Shown: positions 10,135 to 21,142 of the stretch, piece by piece | Layout of the letters: each line of letters begins with the position of its first letter | How positions within the stretch are numbered: the first letter of the stretch is position 1 | The notes under the pieces: generated by a model | Told to the model about the DNA's origin: nothing | What the model saw: only the letters and a program-made list of their open reading frames with translations | Databases searched by the model: none | Made by a program: the position numbers and the translations under genes | Assembly: GCA_034520565.1 (NCBI GenBank) | Contig: JAXHNL010000002.1 | Coordinates: forward strand, 1,344,001-1,408,000 | Length of the DNA stretch: 64,000 nucleotides | Source of the DNA: Halodesulfurarchaeum sp. | GTDB taxonomy: Archaea; Halobacteriota; Halobacteria; Halobacteriales; Halobacteriaceae | Reading direction: 5' to 3'

Positions 10135-11426
10135 AGCAGGAGCTGGACGACGATGTCCGCGCCGTTCGCGGCCCCCTCGATCATCGCATTCGAGATGGCC
10201 GAGACGCTCTCGAAGTCCTCGCCCATGTGTGGCAGGACGAGGAAGGGAAAGGTGACCGAGGCGATCATGCTGCCGATGTTCGTCACCGCGACGATGACGA
10301 TGAGCTTGAAGAGGCCGACATCGAGCATCTCGGCGACGAGGTCGCGGATCGGTTTCTCATGGTCGTCGAGCAGGTCGTTCAAGCGGCCGATGTCGCTGAC
10401 GTTGATTTTCGTGTGCTGGAGTTCGATGTAGCCAGTGAACCACCCCGGCGCGAGCAGGGGATTGATGCTCGTCATCCAGGCGACGAGCCCGCCGACCCCC
10501 GCCGAGGTCCAGTGGGCCCCCGCGAGTTTCGCGAGCGAGAAGGCGAAGATCCCGTTGAAGAGGAACCACGCGAAAAAGACCGCGAGCAGCGTCGGTTGGC
10601 TGACCCCGGAGAGGGCCAGCAGGACGAAAAAGAGGAGAAAGCCGAGCGTGAGCAGGTAGCCGAATGCCTTGCCGATGGAGAACCGTCTCGTTTTCCGTCC
10701 CTGCAGGGTTTCCATCGCGGGCAGCGTGGCCGGATCCTCGAGGTACGCGAGAATGCCGTCCCGGTGCCCAGCGCCCACCACGGCCACGACGTCGAGTCCC
10801 GCTTCGCGCAATTCGTGGAGGTTGTGCGCGATGTAGGCATCCCGTTCGTCAATCAAGGTTTCGGCGGCCGTGGGGCTGAACTGGCGGAACTCCTCCATCA
10901 TCGCCGAGACGACGTCCGTGTCGGTCAGCTCGTCGAGATCGATCTCTTCGTCCGCCCCGCCGCCGAATCCCGCAAAGGCGAGGAGCAGTTCCCAGAACAG
11001 CCGGAGTTTCTCCCGGAGCCCGATGCTGGCCCAGAACCGCTGGATCGTCACCTGGATGTCCCGGTCGACGAGGGCCACCCCGGCGCCGATCTCCTCGGCC
11101 GTGTCGATCCCGGCTTTCATGTCCGCGCCCGGCTCGACGTCGAACCGGTCGCCGAGGCGCTTCTGGACGTAGGAGAGCAGCCAGTAGGCCAGGAACTGGT
11201 AGGCCGCGCTGCCCCGGAGCAGTTCCTTGGGGTCGATGTCCTCCGGGTCCTCGCCCTGGATCTGCTTGAACCGGTTCTCGTCCAACTCGACGGCGACGAC
11301 GTCCGGCTGTTCTTCCTCGATGACCGACCGGACCTCCGCGGCGCTCTCTTCTGAGACGTGGGCGGTTCCGACGACACGGACGGACCCCTCGCCGTCGCCC
11401 TGCAGTTTGGCGGGGTCCGCACTCAT
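10131..11426 (-). CDS. TraB/GumN family protein
   Basis: VGTAHVS, VAVELD, LVDRDI, ERDAYIA, VVGAGH, C-terminal TM helices. Confidence 0.92.
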   Translation of the reverse strand: MSADPAKLQGDGEGSVRVVGTAHVSEESAAEVRSVIEEEQPDVVAVELDENRFKQIQGEDPEDIDPKELLRGSAAYQFLAYWLLSYVQKRLGDRFDVEPGADMKAGIDTAEEIGAGVALVDRDIQVTIQRFWASIGLREKLRLFWELLLAFAGFGGGADEEIDLDELTDTDVVSAMMEEFRQFSPTAAETLIDERDAYIAHNLHELREAGLDVVAVVGAGHRDGILAYLEDPATLPAMETLQGRKTRRFSIGKAFGYLLTLGFLLFFVLLALSGVSQPTLLAVFFAWFLFNGIFAFSLAKLAGAHWTSAGVGGLVAWMTSINPLLAPGWFTGYIELQHTKINVSDIGRLNDLLDDHEKPIRDLVAEMLDVGLFKLIVIVAVTNIGSMIASVTFPFLVLPHMGEDFESVSAISNAMIEGAANGADIVVQLLL

Positions 11427-11533
11427 TGGCGTGAACGAGGGTGTGGGCGCATAAATGCGTGACGAGCCTCGGTTCAACTGAGTAGCTTGACGGGGCCGAC
11501 ACATTGAATCCCTCGCCCCGAAAACGGAGTTCC

Positions 11534-11980
11534 ATGCCCGATCTCCTCTCGACCCGGATCACCAACCGCTGGGTCGTTCGGTCCAGCGACGCGAATCACC
11601 TCGGCACGGCCCACGGCGGCTCGATCGTCAAGTGGATGGACGAAGTCGGTGGCATGTCCGCCGTGACCTTCGCCGGGAAGTGGTGTGTCACCGCCCACAT
11701 GAGCAGCGTGGATTTCAAACGGCCGATCCAGACCGACGACACGGTCCACGTCGAGGCCTCCGTCTACGAGGCCGGCGAGACCTCCGTTCGCGTGCATGTC
11801 GAGGCCTCGCGGGAGGACCTGCGCACTGGCGACCGCGAGCCTGCGAGCGAGGCTTATATCGTGTACGTGGCGGTGGACGAGGAGCACGAGCCCTCACCAG
11901 TTCCTGAACTCACCGTCGATTCAGCGGAAGGAGAACAGTTGCGCAAGGCTGCGCTGAACGGCGATCCCGATCGGTCGTAG
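11534..11980 (+). CDS. Acyl-CoA thioesterase (hotdog fold)
   Basis: DANHLGTAHGG...KWMDEVG, VDFKRPI. Confidence 0.9.
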   Translation: MPDLLSTRITNRWVVRSSDANHLGTAHGGSIVKWMDEVGGMSAVTFAGKWCVTAHMSSVDFKRPIQTDDTVHVEASVYEAGETSVRVHVEASREDLRTGDREPASEAYIVYVAVDEEHEPSPVPELTVDSAEGEQLRKAALNGDPDRS

Positions 11981-11986
11981 ACATTT

Positions 11987-12286
11987 TCACTCCCCGTCGC
12001 GCCAGGATCCCCACACTTCTCTGTAGGTCCCGAGTTCTCGATATTCCCTCTTTCGCTCGAACACGTCGATCGCGTAGACTGTTTCCCGATCCTTGTCCCA
12101 GTCAACCAGGACGCGGAAATCTCCGACTCGAAGCCTGTATCCCGGATGATTTTTCAGTCGGTCGAGAAAATGACTCGGAAAGTCCTCGATAGTCTCGAGT
12201 TTGTCGAGGATTCGCTCTGCATCATCTTTCTCGAACTGTTCGAGAGTCGATACGAACGTCTCCGTGAGGACGATTTCGACCGTCAC
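11987..12286 (-). CDS. relE: RelE/ParE-family toxin
   Basis: YRLRVGDFRVL, ERKREY; overlaps the upstream RHH gene. Confidence 0.88.
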   Translation of the reverse strand: MTVEIVLTETFVSTLEQFEKDDAERILDKLETIEDFPSHFLDRLKNHPGYRLRVGDFRVLVDWDKDRETVYAIDVFERKREYRELGTYREVWGSWRDGE

Positions 12287-12570
12287 TCCTCGGCCCCTTC
12301 ATCTGCTCCCTCAAGTCCGAGCCGGGCTCGTGCCTCGGAGATCGACATTGTTTGGCCGGAGGCCACGTCCGCATATCCCGCTGAAACGCCCTCCTTTGCG
12401 CCGGGCGTCAAAATCGGCTCAGTCGTGTCACGCAACACTTCGCGGATAAACTCCGATCGATTGGGGTAATTTAGTTCCGCGGATAACTCGTCAAGTTCCT
12501 CTAGCAGACGGGCTGGAACCTTGACGTTCAATTTTACCATTTCGCCCTCTTTGTCCGCGTCAGTGCTCAT
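12283..12570 (-). CDS. CopG/RHH antitoxin
   Basis: LNVKVPARLLEELDEL...YPNRSEFIREVLR. Confidence 0.85.
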   Translation of the reverse strand: MSTDADKEGEMVKLNVKVPARLLEELDELSAELNYPNRSEFIREVLRDTTEPILTPGAKEGVSAGYADVASGQTMSISEARARLGLEGADEGAEE

Positions 12571-12664
12571 ATAACGTGGTACGGAGGTGGTACTAAAAGA
12601 ACTAACGGCCGAATGGAAAGCATCGGCTGTGTCTGCATTCACGACGCATCGTCACAAATCTTCA

Positions 12665-12699
12665 GTCATTATCGTAGTAATCATTATCTTAGTAATGAC
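12665..12699. promoter_or_regulatory. Tandem and palindromic operator-like site overlapping the start codon
   Basis: GTCATTATCGTAGTAATCATTATCTTAGTAATGAC: two 15-bp direct units with GTCATTA...TAATGAC inverted ends. Confidence 0.5.
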
Positions 12700-13036
12700 C
12701 TTTCAAGATCCTGAGGCCGAACTCGAGACGTACGCCGAGGTGGGCCGCTGGTGGGACGGCGAGGACGAAATCGATCTGGTGGGCCTGAATCCCGCCGCCG
12801 ATCGTATTCTGTTCGGTGAATGCAAGTGGACGAGTGAACCCGTGGGATTCGGCCTCGTCGAGTCGTTACGGAAAAAAGCGTCGCAGGTCCGATGGGGTCC
12901 CGACTCGCGAGACGAGCGGTTCGTGTTGGTTTCGAAAAGCGGGTTCGAGGACGAGTTACGGGAAGAACTCGGGGAGCAGTGGACGTTATTCGACGTATCA
13001 GATATCGATTCGTTAACTGATCCGGCGACTCACTAA
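12695..13036 (+). pseudogene. Internally deleted archaeal ATPase-DUF234 gene; only the N-terminal peptide and PD-(D/E)XK domain remain
   Basis: MTFQDPEAELE (like the F.DRE.EL ATPase start) is fused in frame to VGRWW...EIDLVG...FGECKW; no Walker motifs. Confidence 0.7.
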
Positions 13037-13128
13037 CGGGGTGATCCCCTTGGCACTATTCACGTTTTCAACGGCAAATCCGAATTGTGGGATGTGTATT
13101 TGGACTGTTGAACCCACTCGTGCTGCCC

Positions 13129-15581
13129 TCACGGCAACGCGAACCCGCCCAGCCGGCTCCAGACCACGACAGCCGAGGGGGTCACGAGCACCGCGGTGAG
13201 GTAGGAGTAGAAAATCGAGATGGCCATGATCGTGCCGAACTGGCCCAGAATCGGTGTAATTGCGAGCACGAGGACGGCCAGCCCGGCCGCAGTGGTCAGC
13301 ATGCTGCCGGTGAGGGCGCCACCCGTTCCGAGCACGGTCTGCTCGAGGGCGACGTCGAGGTTCGAGCCGTCGAACTCGTCGACAAAGCGGTGGGTCATGT
13401 GGGCGGAGTAGTCGGTCCCCAGTCCGATCGCGATGGCCAGGACGGTCGCGGTGAGGGCATTGAAGGGGATATTTATTGCGCGCATCGTCCCGATGATGAG
13501 GGTCAGCGTGACCACGATCGGGATGAGGTTGACGATCCCCAGGGTGCCACTCCCCTCGAGCAGGCGGTAGATGAGGACGAGGAAGACCGCCGAGCCGGCG
13601 AGGGCGAACAGGAGGCTGGTGGTCGCCGACTCGAGGATGACGTCCGAGACGTCCTGGAAGACGACCGTCTGGCCCGTCGCGGTTGCCGGCAGGCGATAGC
13701 GATCCGCGAGCACCTTTGCATCCGCTGCGGCTTCGGCCTGGGTCGCGTCGCTCTGGATGTCGTAGGTGACGATCGCGCTGCGGTAATCCTCCGTCAAGTA
13801 GGACCTGGCCTGGCCGGCGTACGGCGAGGCGAAGAGCCGATCATAAATCGCCTCGAGGTTATCGTCGGGAACCCCGTCGCCGTCGATGTCGTTCCTCGCG
13901 ACGAGGGCGTCGAATTCGGGGTTTTGCTCGCGGTAGGCGTCGATCACGCCGATGACACTCGAGGACTGGGCCAGCCGGCCTTCCTCGACGAACGAGGGCG
14001 GTGGATCGACCCCGGCCCGCTCGATGGATTCGAGGGCGTAATCCGCCCGGAGTTGCCCGTCGACGTACATCGTGATGGAGCTCTGGGCGTCGGTCGCGAA
14101 GGTGTCCTCGAGGTAGTTGAGGGTCGCCGTGACGGTGTACTCGTTGGGCGCAAAGGGCTCGGGAAGATCGTCGAGGTAGTCGGGCGTGTCCTCCGGGGGC
14201 AGGAAGTCGTCCTGGGAGAAACTGGTCGAGACGCCGGCGCCGTAGCCCGCCGCGAGGATCGAGACGATCAGGACGAGTGCGAGGAAGACCCGCGGGGCCT
14301 TCTTCGCGACGAGGACGCCCCCGGAGAGCGAGCGGCCGATGACCGAGCCCTCCTGCCCGATCGGTCTGTTGCCCCAGTGGGGGATCGAGTGCTTTTCTCG
14401 GGTCTGATCGAAGAGGACCTTCGCCGCGGGGAGGAAGATTCCGAAGATGAGGAAGGTGAAGACGATGCCGACCGCGGCGATGAGGCCGAAATCTCGAATC
14501 GGTGGGAGCGAACTGGTGCCGTTCGCGGAAAATCCGATGACTGTGGTTCCGGTCACGATGAAGAAGGCGACGAACAGCTGATCGACGGTTACGTGCATCG
14601 ACTCGAGGATGCCCTGGCCCTTGACGCGCTCCTCGCGATAGCGGTTGATGGCGTGGATGCCGAAGTCGATCCCGACTGCGAGCAGGAGCGGCGGGACCGC
14701 CGTCAGCATCTGCGTGAAGGGGATATTCGCGAGGCCCATGAACCCCATCGTCCAGATGACAGTCATGAGCAGCGAGCCCAGCCCGAGGAAGAGATCCAGC
14801 GGGTCGCGATAGGCATACAGCAGGAAGAGGACGATCAGGAGGATCGCCGCGGGCAGGACGATGATCAGCGAGTCGAAGATGACGTTCGCGAACTCCTCGG
14901 AGATGATGCCCGTCCCGAAGACCCGGAAGTCGCCGTCGCCGCTGTTGATCACCCGCTCGGTCTCGGTCTGGATCGACTGCAGCGGGCTGGTCCCACTCGT
15001 TCCCACGCCCCCGAGAGGCCGGTCGGGATCTCGTGGGTGATGACCGCGATGGACGCTCCCGCCCGCGCGGATTCGCGGTTGAAGTCCTTGCTGAGGGCCC
15101 CCGTGAAGCCCGGAGCCGCAGCCGCACGCCTGACGGCGGCATCGATTTCGCTCGGCGTCGCCCGCTCGATGGCGCGAATCTGGGCCGCGACGGTCGTGGC
15201 GGTCGGATCCAACTGTCGGGCGACCTGCTGGGCGGAACTCCGGGTGTTCGTGACGCGCAACTCGGTGCGATCGAGCACCCGCTCCTGGGCGCGGAGCATC
15301 CGGAGCATCGCGGACTTCGAGAGGACGTTTGCCTCCTCCTGGATGACCTGTGTCGTGCCCGAATCCGCGGCGAATGGTTCGCCGAACTCGCGGTCGATGT
15401 CCTTGAGCGCCTCCTCGCTTGCGGTCCCCTCGGAGAACTGCTGGGTGCCCGTTTCGGTCGTGATGTTGCCCATCCCCGTGGCCATCACGAGGGTGATGAC
15501 CAGGAAGGCAGCCACGACTTTCCGCGGGTGCTCCGCGATGAGGTTCGAAACGCGGGTGACGACCCGTTGGTGGTCGACCAT
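13129..15581 (-). pseudogene. MMPL/RND transporter split by a 1-nt frameshift at 15008-15012
   Basis: ORFs 14949..15581 and 13129..15006 (AVGIDFGIH, GLGTDYSAH) join if the G5 run on the minus strand were G6 (GLSGGVGTSGTSP). Could be a sequencing error. Confidence 0.85.
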
Positions 15582-15584
15582 CGA

Positions 15585-17111
15585 TTACCGGCGGCGGTAG
15601 AGGACGATGGCGATCAGGACGGCGATCACCGCGACGGCCCCACCGATGAGGTACGGCGACGGGCCCGAATCGACGGGTTCGGTCACCGAGACCGGCACGC
15701 GGTAGGTCTTCGAGAGTTTGCTATCCCCGTCCGAATCGTACTGGAAGTCGAGCGAGACGGGATAGGTCTTGACGGTCGCCCCGCCCGCCGCGGCCACGCT
15801 GAAGGTAATCTCTTCGGATTCGCCGGGTCCGAGCGTTTCGATGTAGGCCTCGTCGTCGCCACTCGAGAGCGGATCGGTGGTGAAGATCTTCGCGTCCACG
15901 TCGGTGACGGTCGTCTCGCCCTCGTTTGTCACCTCGACGGTGAGCTGCCCGCTCGATCCGGCGGGGACCGAGCTCGTGACGGGATCGACCGCGAACCGGT
16001 CGCGTTCGGGCTCGATTTTGGCGGTGACTTTCAGCGGATCGGACACCCGATCGTCGCCGTCGCTATCCTCGTAGTCGACGGTGACGGAGAACTGTCGGGG
16101 GGTGGCCTCGGCGCTCTCTGCGATCTCGATGGGGAACCTGACCGCGACGGATTCGCCCGCTTCCATGGCCCCGATCGCGTATTCGCTCGCGAGCGGATGG
16201 ATGTTCGTTCCCGGTTGGGCGAGTCTGACGACCGCATCAGTGACGGGCTCGCCGTCGTTCGTGACCGTCATTCGCAGGTCACCTTCCTCGCCCACCCGGA
16301 GGGAGTGCTCGAGGTCAGCGAGGGAGAACTGGTCGATCTCCGGGTCGACGCTCACGCCGGCTTGCAGGGTGGGCCACTGGCGGTCGAAGCCCTCGCTGTT
16401 CTCGTAGGCGACGGTCGCCGCAATCGAATAGATGCCCGCGTCCGCGCTGGCGGGTGCGCGGGCGTCAAATGTGATTTCACGCTCCTCGCCGGCCTCCCAG
16501 TCGCCCACGTGGGCGACCGTGCTCGCACTCGTTCCGAAGACGACGTTCTCGGTTTCGGATTGGAGGGTGACCGTCGCGTCGGTGACGGTCTCCGTCCCGT
16601 CGTTTGCGAGGGTCATGGTGATCGAACCGTCCTCGCCGACGGTGAGGTCCTCGCTCACGTCGGCGATCGAGAACATGGCCCTGTCTTCGACCCTGACCTC
16701 GGCGTAGACGGTGGTGGATTCCTCCTCGTCACCGTCGTAGACGTAGTCGAGTCTGATTGGAACGTGGTAGGTGCCCGGTTCGACGTTCTGTGGGACTCGA
16801 ATGAAGAACTGGTCGGTCACGACCTGGCCGTCCGGCATCGTTCCGAGTCGGTGGGTTCCCGACTGGATCGCGAACGGGGTCTCGCCCTTTCGCATCGTCG
16901 CTTCGACGTCCGTGGCGGTCTCGACGTCGTCGTCGATGTCTTCGGCGTCGTTGGTGAACTCGACTGTGAGCTGGGTCGTTTCACCCGGGGTGACCGTCGG
17001 TTCGGGGACGTTCGTCTCGAAGCGCGGGTCTTCGGCGGCCGCGACGATCGCCGGGGTGGCGAGCAGGCCGAGGACGACCAGGGCCGTCACGAGGAGTGTG
17101 TGTCGTTTCAT
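15585..17111 (-). CDS. COG1361 S-layer-domain family protein
   Basis: Signal peptide, repeated Ig-like units (VTNEGE..TDV, LGPGESEEITF), C-terminal TM plus RRR; operonic with the RND gene. Confidence 0.88.
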   Translation of the reverse strand: MKRHTLLVTALVVLGLLATPAIVAAAEDPRFETNVPEPTVTPGETTQLTVEFTNDAEDIDDDVETATDVEATMRKGETPFAIQSGTHRLGTMPDGQVVTDQFFIRVPQNVEPGTYHVPIRLDYVYDGDEEESTTVYAEVRVEDRAMFSIADVSEDLTVGEDGSITMTLANDGTETVTDATVTLQSETENVVFGTSASTVAHVGDWEAGEEREITFDARAPASADAGIYSIAATVAYENSEGFDRQWPTLQAGVSVDPEIDQFSLADLEHSLRVGEEGDLRMTVTNDGEPVTDAVVRLAQPGTNIHPLASEYAIGAMEAGESVAVRFPIEIAESAEATPRQFSVTVDYEDSDGDDRVSDPLKVTAKIEPERDRFAVDPVTSSVPAGSSGQLTVEVTNEGETTVTDVDAKIFTTDPLSSGDDEAYIETLGPGESEEITFSVAAAGGATVKTYPVSLDFQYDSDGDSKLSKTYRVPVSVTEPVDSGPSPYLIGGAVAVIAVLIAIVLYRRR

Positions 17112-17153
17112 AGGTGCGGAAATGTCGTGTCGCGTTCGGTTCGTTGCTATCTA

Positions 17154-17176
17154 CTGAATGACCGTTCAGGGTTAAA
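17154..17176 (-). promoter_or_regulatory. TATA box with an inverted repeat (possible TetR-type operator) for the COG1361-RND operon
   Basis: Minus strand TTTAAC immediately followed by CTGAA-N6-TTCAG. Confidence 0.45.
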
Positions 17177-17374
17177 TGGGTGTGGGATTCCTGCTTGGCT
17201 CTCCGGAAAGCCTTGATTTACTGACCAGCTCGATGACATCGGGGTTCAGGTGAGGATTCTTCGCTTTCCGGTATCCACTTCGGGACGCAAATACGCAACA
17301 GACCTTGATTTTCTCATTTCGAATGTGCATGAAACGATCTTTCAAAGCGTTTCAGCGTCGGGGAATCGTAACTC

Positions 17375-17818
17375 TCAGTCATTCGAATCTACGTTCTCAG
17401 GGACGATCCGCTCGACCAGGCCATCGAAATCGTCGTCGAACGATAGTACGACGTCGATATCATTCCGCTCAACGAGCGCGATCGTGCTCGCGTCGGTGAA
17501 ACTCAATCCCTGATCGTCATATGTGTCGAAGAGCGCATTTGTGTCTTGAAAAACGGATTCGTTCACGAATTCGAGGGAATACACACTGGGGAACTGACCG
17601 TCCCCGAGAATTCGTCGGCCGAGTTTTCTTGCGGCCTCGAAGTCTCCCGTTCGGTGCAGGGTGAGTGTCAGCGCTTCATCGTACACGTAGTCGCTGGTTA
17701 TCGGTTGGCCGAAACGCCCGCTGTAGACGGATTCGAGGGCAGAAACAGCTGTGTCGTGTTTTGCTGCCGAGGAATCGTGATCGGCATATAAAACGCCAGT
17801 ATCCACGAACACGCTCAT
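17375..17818 (-). CDS. vapC: VapC PIN-domain toxin
   Basis: VFVDTG, VYDEALT, LSFTDA, SFDDDF. Confidence 0.92.
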   Translation of the reverse strand: MSVFVDTGVLYADHDSSAAKHDTAVSALESVYSGRFGQPITSDYVYDEALTLTLHRTGDFEAARKLGRRILGDGQFPSVYSLEFVNESVFQDTNALFDTYDDQGLSFTDASTIALVERNDIDVVLSFDDDFDGLVERIVPENVDSND

Positions 17819-18090
17819 CCGTAGAGGATTTCGTCGATGTCGTCTTCGGTCGTTTCGACACCGGATTCGATCCGACCCGCTTGCATCCGACTGATTTCTG
17901 CCTTCGACAACGGGACTGTGCTCGTTTCAAAGGATTCGATAATCGCGTCCCGGCTCTCGTATGCATCATCGACGAGGCGTTCGAGAATCTCCTGTTGGGT
18001 GACTTTCTTGCCTGTCTCGAGTTTGATCAGCGCCTGCAACTCCTCGAGCCGGGATTTCGTCTCTTCGTCCATCCGTACTGCGGTTGACAT
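17815..18090 (-). CDS. VapB-like antitoxin
   Basis: TAVRMDEETKSRLEEL DNA-binding N-terminus, acidic DIDEILYG tail, 4-bp overlap with vapC. Confidence 0.8.
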   Translation of the reverse strand: MSTAVRMDEETKSRLEELQALIKLETGKKVTQQEILERLVDDAYESRDAIIESFETSTVPLSKAEISRMQAGRIESGVETTEDDIDEILYG

Positions 18091-18296
18091 AGTATCAGTT
18101 AACAACTCAACCCACTTAACAATTTCACTAATAGGGTTTGGCGCAATATCGAAGCGGTGCAGTGGGTATTGGACCTCGCCGACGAGAAGAGACGATACAT
18201 CTGGATTGGAATGCTGGAGACCCCAATCTCATCGGCGTGCTCCCACTGTTCGCATTGAAATAACGAGAAAAGAGAACTACCGCTGAATTCGACCGA

Positions 18297-19250
18297 TCAG
18301 AGGTTGACGGCTTCCTGGTTGGCGAGCGATTCGGGGACCCGGATCACGGTGGTCTGGGTTGCACCGGCCGGCGTGGTGATGGAGACGTCCACGCTGTCGC
18401 CGGAGGCCAAGCTCCCGGGATCGATGTGGATGTTGTAGCGATCGCCGGAGGTCATGACGGGAAGCGTCTCGTCGTCGTCAGTGACCGAGGAGAGCGTGTA
18501 GGTGGTGTCCTCGACGGGGAGCGTTCCCTCGGGGGGATTCTCCTGCACGTCGACGCCCTCGTAGGTCAGGTCGTGGGTGCCGTCAGGGGCGACCAGACGA
18601 ATCGTCATCTTCGAGAGGTCCATGTCACCGGCGCCCGATGCCTGGGCGACGAGGATGCGAACTTCGTCGACGACCGGCGTGTCGATATCCTCGACGGTGG
18701 CGGACGCGTTTACCGTCACGTTATCACGGTTTATCAGGGAGATGTTTCCATCTTCGGCGACTAAATCAGGGGTCGAATTAAATGTCGTCGAGTCGTTTTC
18801 AACATCGTCCAGGTTGTTCAATTCGTACTCTTCTGCTTCCTGGTTGAGACTAACGACTTCCAATTCGTCCTCATTACTGACCGTCAAATTGGACTCTCCA
18901 TCCGTCAAATTGGTCTCCCCATCCGATGTTTTCACCCAGATCGAATTACCCTCGCTGAGCCGCAGTTCCGCATCATCCGAGATACTTGCAAGGGTTAAGG
19001 TCTCTCCACCGACGACGTCACCGGTCGTCGAGGAGATTTGCAGCTGGTCGGTCACCTGTGCCTGACTCTCCTCTCCAGTTTGTTCGGCCGAACTCTGCAG
19101 GAAGCCTGCCGTGTTGATCAGCACGCCGGCAGCGATCGCCGCCACGAGTACCATGGCGATGAACACGATGAGGGTGCCGATCCCCACCTGCCCGTGTTCT
19201 CCCGACGAGGGAAGGCGTTCCTTGAGCGAACCGAGTACGTTTCGTGTCAT
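18297..19250 (-). CDS. Archaellin (second copy)
   Basis: G|[32 protein letters not shown] class III signal and N-helix; several NxS/T sequons. Confidence 0.95.
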   Translation of the reverse strand: MTRNVLGSLKERLPSSGEHGQVGIGTLIVFIAMVLVAAIAAGVLINTAGFLQSSAEQTGEESQAQVTDQLQISSTTGDVVGGETLTLASISDDAELRLSEGNSIWVKTSDGETNLTDGESNLTVSNEDELEVVSLNQEAEEYELNNLDDVENDSTTFNSTPDLVAEDGNISLINRDNVTVNASATVEDIDTPVVDEVRILVAQASGAGDMDLSKMTIRLVAPDGTHDLTYEGVDVQENPPEGTLPVEDTTYTLSSVTDDDETLPVMTSGDRYNIHIDPGSLASGDSVDVSITTPAGATQTTVIRVPESLANQEAVNL

Positions 19251-19459
19251 GTGTCTCTTTCACAAACACCCGGAGCGGTGCTTGCCTGTCCGCGACTAAA
19301 CAAACCTCCTATATGAATGTAGGGCCCGTATTATCTAATCCGATAATAGAGCCCTCGGCTGCGGTGGCTCCAACATATTCTCGAGACCCGGTGGCCGTTT
19401 CCAGCATTCGCTTGCCGGATCAGTTGAACGCAGAGAAAATCAGTAACCGAATCGGCCGA

Positions 19460-20398
19460 TCAGAGGTTGACTGCTTCCTGGTTGGCGAGCGATTCGGGGA
19501 CCCGGATCACGGTGGTCTGGGTCGCACCGGCCGGCGTGGTGATGGAGACGTCCACGCTATCGCCCGAGGCCAAGCTGCCCGGATCGATGTGGATGTTGTA
19601 GCGATCGCCGGAGGTCATGACCGGGAGGGTCTCGTCGTCGTCAGTCACCGAGGAGAGGGTGTAGGTGGTGTCCTCGACCGGGAGGGTTCCGTCCTCGAAG
19701 TTTTCCGTGATGTCGAGATCTTCATAGGTCAGGTCGTGGGTGCCGTCAGGCGCGACCAGTCGAATCGTCATCTTCGAGAGGTCCATGTCACCGGCACCTG
19801 AAGCCTGGGCGACCAGGACGCGGACTTCGTCGACGTACGGATCGAGGTCAGCGAGACTCGTGGTGTCACTATTGTTGATCGTCACGTTCGCCCGGTTGAT
19901 CAGGTGTACCGGCGCGTAATCGTCGCTGTTGTTCGTGTACGTGGACAGGCCCTGGCTCGCGTTGAATTCCTTCGTCGTCGTGCCATTGTTGAGTTCGTAC
20001 GTCTCATCGGCAAGGTTCACCGACTCGACCGTCAACGTATCTCCATCGGACACGTTGAGTCCTGCATTCTCTCGATCGGTGAGATTCCGCGTTTCAGACG
20101 CTTTGACCCGGATAGTGTCACCCTCACTTACTCGCAATTGGGCCCCTTGGGTCGTGTTTTCGATCGTTAACGTTTCTCCGCCGATGACGTCACCGGTCGT
20201 CGAGGAGATCTGGAGTTGGTCTGTGACCTGTGCCTGACTCTCCTCTCCAGTTTGTTCGGCGGAACTCTGCAGGAAGCCTGCGGTGTTGATGAGGACGCCG
20301 GCAGCGATCGCCGCCACGAGAACCATGGCGATGAACACGATGAGGGTGCCGATCCCCACCTGCCCGCGCTTTTCGGTATCGGTGATTGCTTCGAACAT
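19460..20398 (-). CDS. Archaellin (first copy)
   Basis: KRG|[18 protein letters not shown]; C-terminal third almost identical to 18297..19250. Confidence 0.95.
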   Translation of the reverse strand: MFEAITDTEKRGQVGIGTLIVFIAMVLVAAIAAGVLINTAGFLQSSAEQTGEESQAQVTDQLQISSTTGDVIGGETLTIENTTQGAQLRVSEGDTIRVKASETRNLTDRENAGLNVSDGDTLTVESVNLADETYELNNGTTTKEFNASQGLSTYTNNSDDYAPVHLINRANVTINNSDTTSLADLDPYVDEVRVLVAQASGAGDMDLSKMTIRLVAPDGTHDLTYEDLDITENFEDGTLPVEDTTYTLSSVTDDDETLPVMTSGDRYNIHIDPGSLASGDSVDVSITTPAGATQTTVIRVPESLANQEAVNL

Positions 20399-20550
20399 GT
20401 GTTTGGTGTCGCCCTACCTCTGGGCGCTGAGTTGGACTCTTCAGGCCTCCTATTTAATTGTACCCTGCGTATTATCAGGCGTGAAAACGTGTTGGTGGGT
20501 TTTGAGTGTCGTGTCGTAGATTGGGTTTGGGGTCGCGTTGCCCGATTCAC

Positions 20551-20675
20551 CACCTCCGAAAGCCCCCTCCCGCTCGTGCCCGCTCGCGGAGATATCGCTT
20601 CCCTCGCTCCGCTCGGTCGCGATAGGGCTCCACGAGACGACCACGACCGGTCGGCCCCTTTCGTAGCCCCACCCA
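20551..20675 (+). repeat. Palindromic intergenic repeat, family copy 1
   Basis: Begins CTCCGAAAGCCCCCTCCCGCTCG and ends GGCCCCTTTCGTAGCCCCACCCA; both ends recur in the window. Confidence 0.8.
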
Positions 20676-20766
20676 TTAGTGGTCACTTGCCGTCCAATTC
20701 CGTCTCTGGACAGCGTCGTCCGCTGCACCCCAGTCGTTATTACGGTCCCTCATGATTTCTCACATA

Positions 20767-21027
20767 ATGGGTGCTGTCTCGCATCGGGATGAACCAGGGG
20801 TCCGGTTTACGTACGAAGGCGACCTCGTTACGGCGACGGATACGGAACGTGGGGTTGCCGCTTCAGGTCAGTCCAAAGCCGAGGCGTTGTCACGTCTTTC
20901 TGATGCACTCGAACTTCACGACGGGGAGGGTCTTCCGATCGAGGACGAGCAAACATTCATGGCGGAACTCGGAATCGACCTCGATGAGTTGGACGTCGAT
21001 AAGTCACCCCCGTCGTTTCTCGAATAA
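20767..21027 (+). CDS. hicB: HicB-family antitoxin
   Basis: VTATDTERGVAASGQSKAEALSRLSDALELH. Confidence 0.85.
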   Translation: MGAVSHRDEPGVRFTYEGDLVTATDTERGVAASGQSKAEALSRLSDALELHDGEGLPIEDEQTFMAELGIDLDELDVDKSPPSFLE

Positions 21028-21033
21028 TCTCCG

Positions 21034-21110
21034 ATGCCCGCTGCAAATTTTTCGGGAAAAGAACTGGTGAAAGCGCTTCGCTCGAAGGATTTCTTTGCTG
21101 TCTTGGGAAT
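21034..21110 (+). pseudogene. hicA: Truncated HicA toxin
   Basis: MPAANFSGKELVKALR HicA-type start; similarity is lost just before the repeat at 21143 and there is no GxH motif. Confidence 0.65.
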
Positions 21111-21142
21111 TGTCCCGGGGTCCCGAATTTGCAATCTAACAT

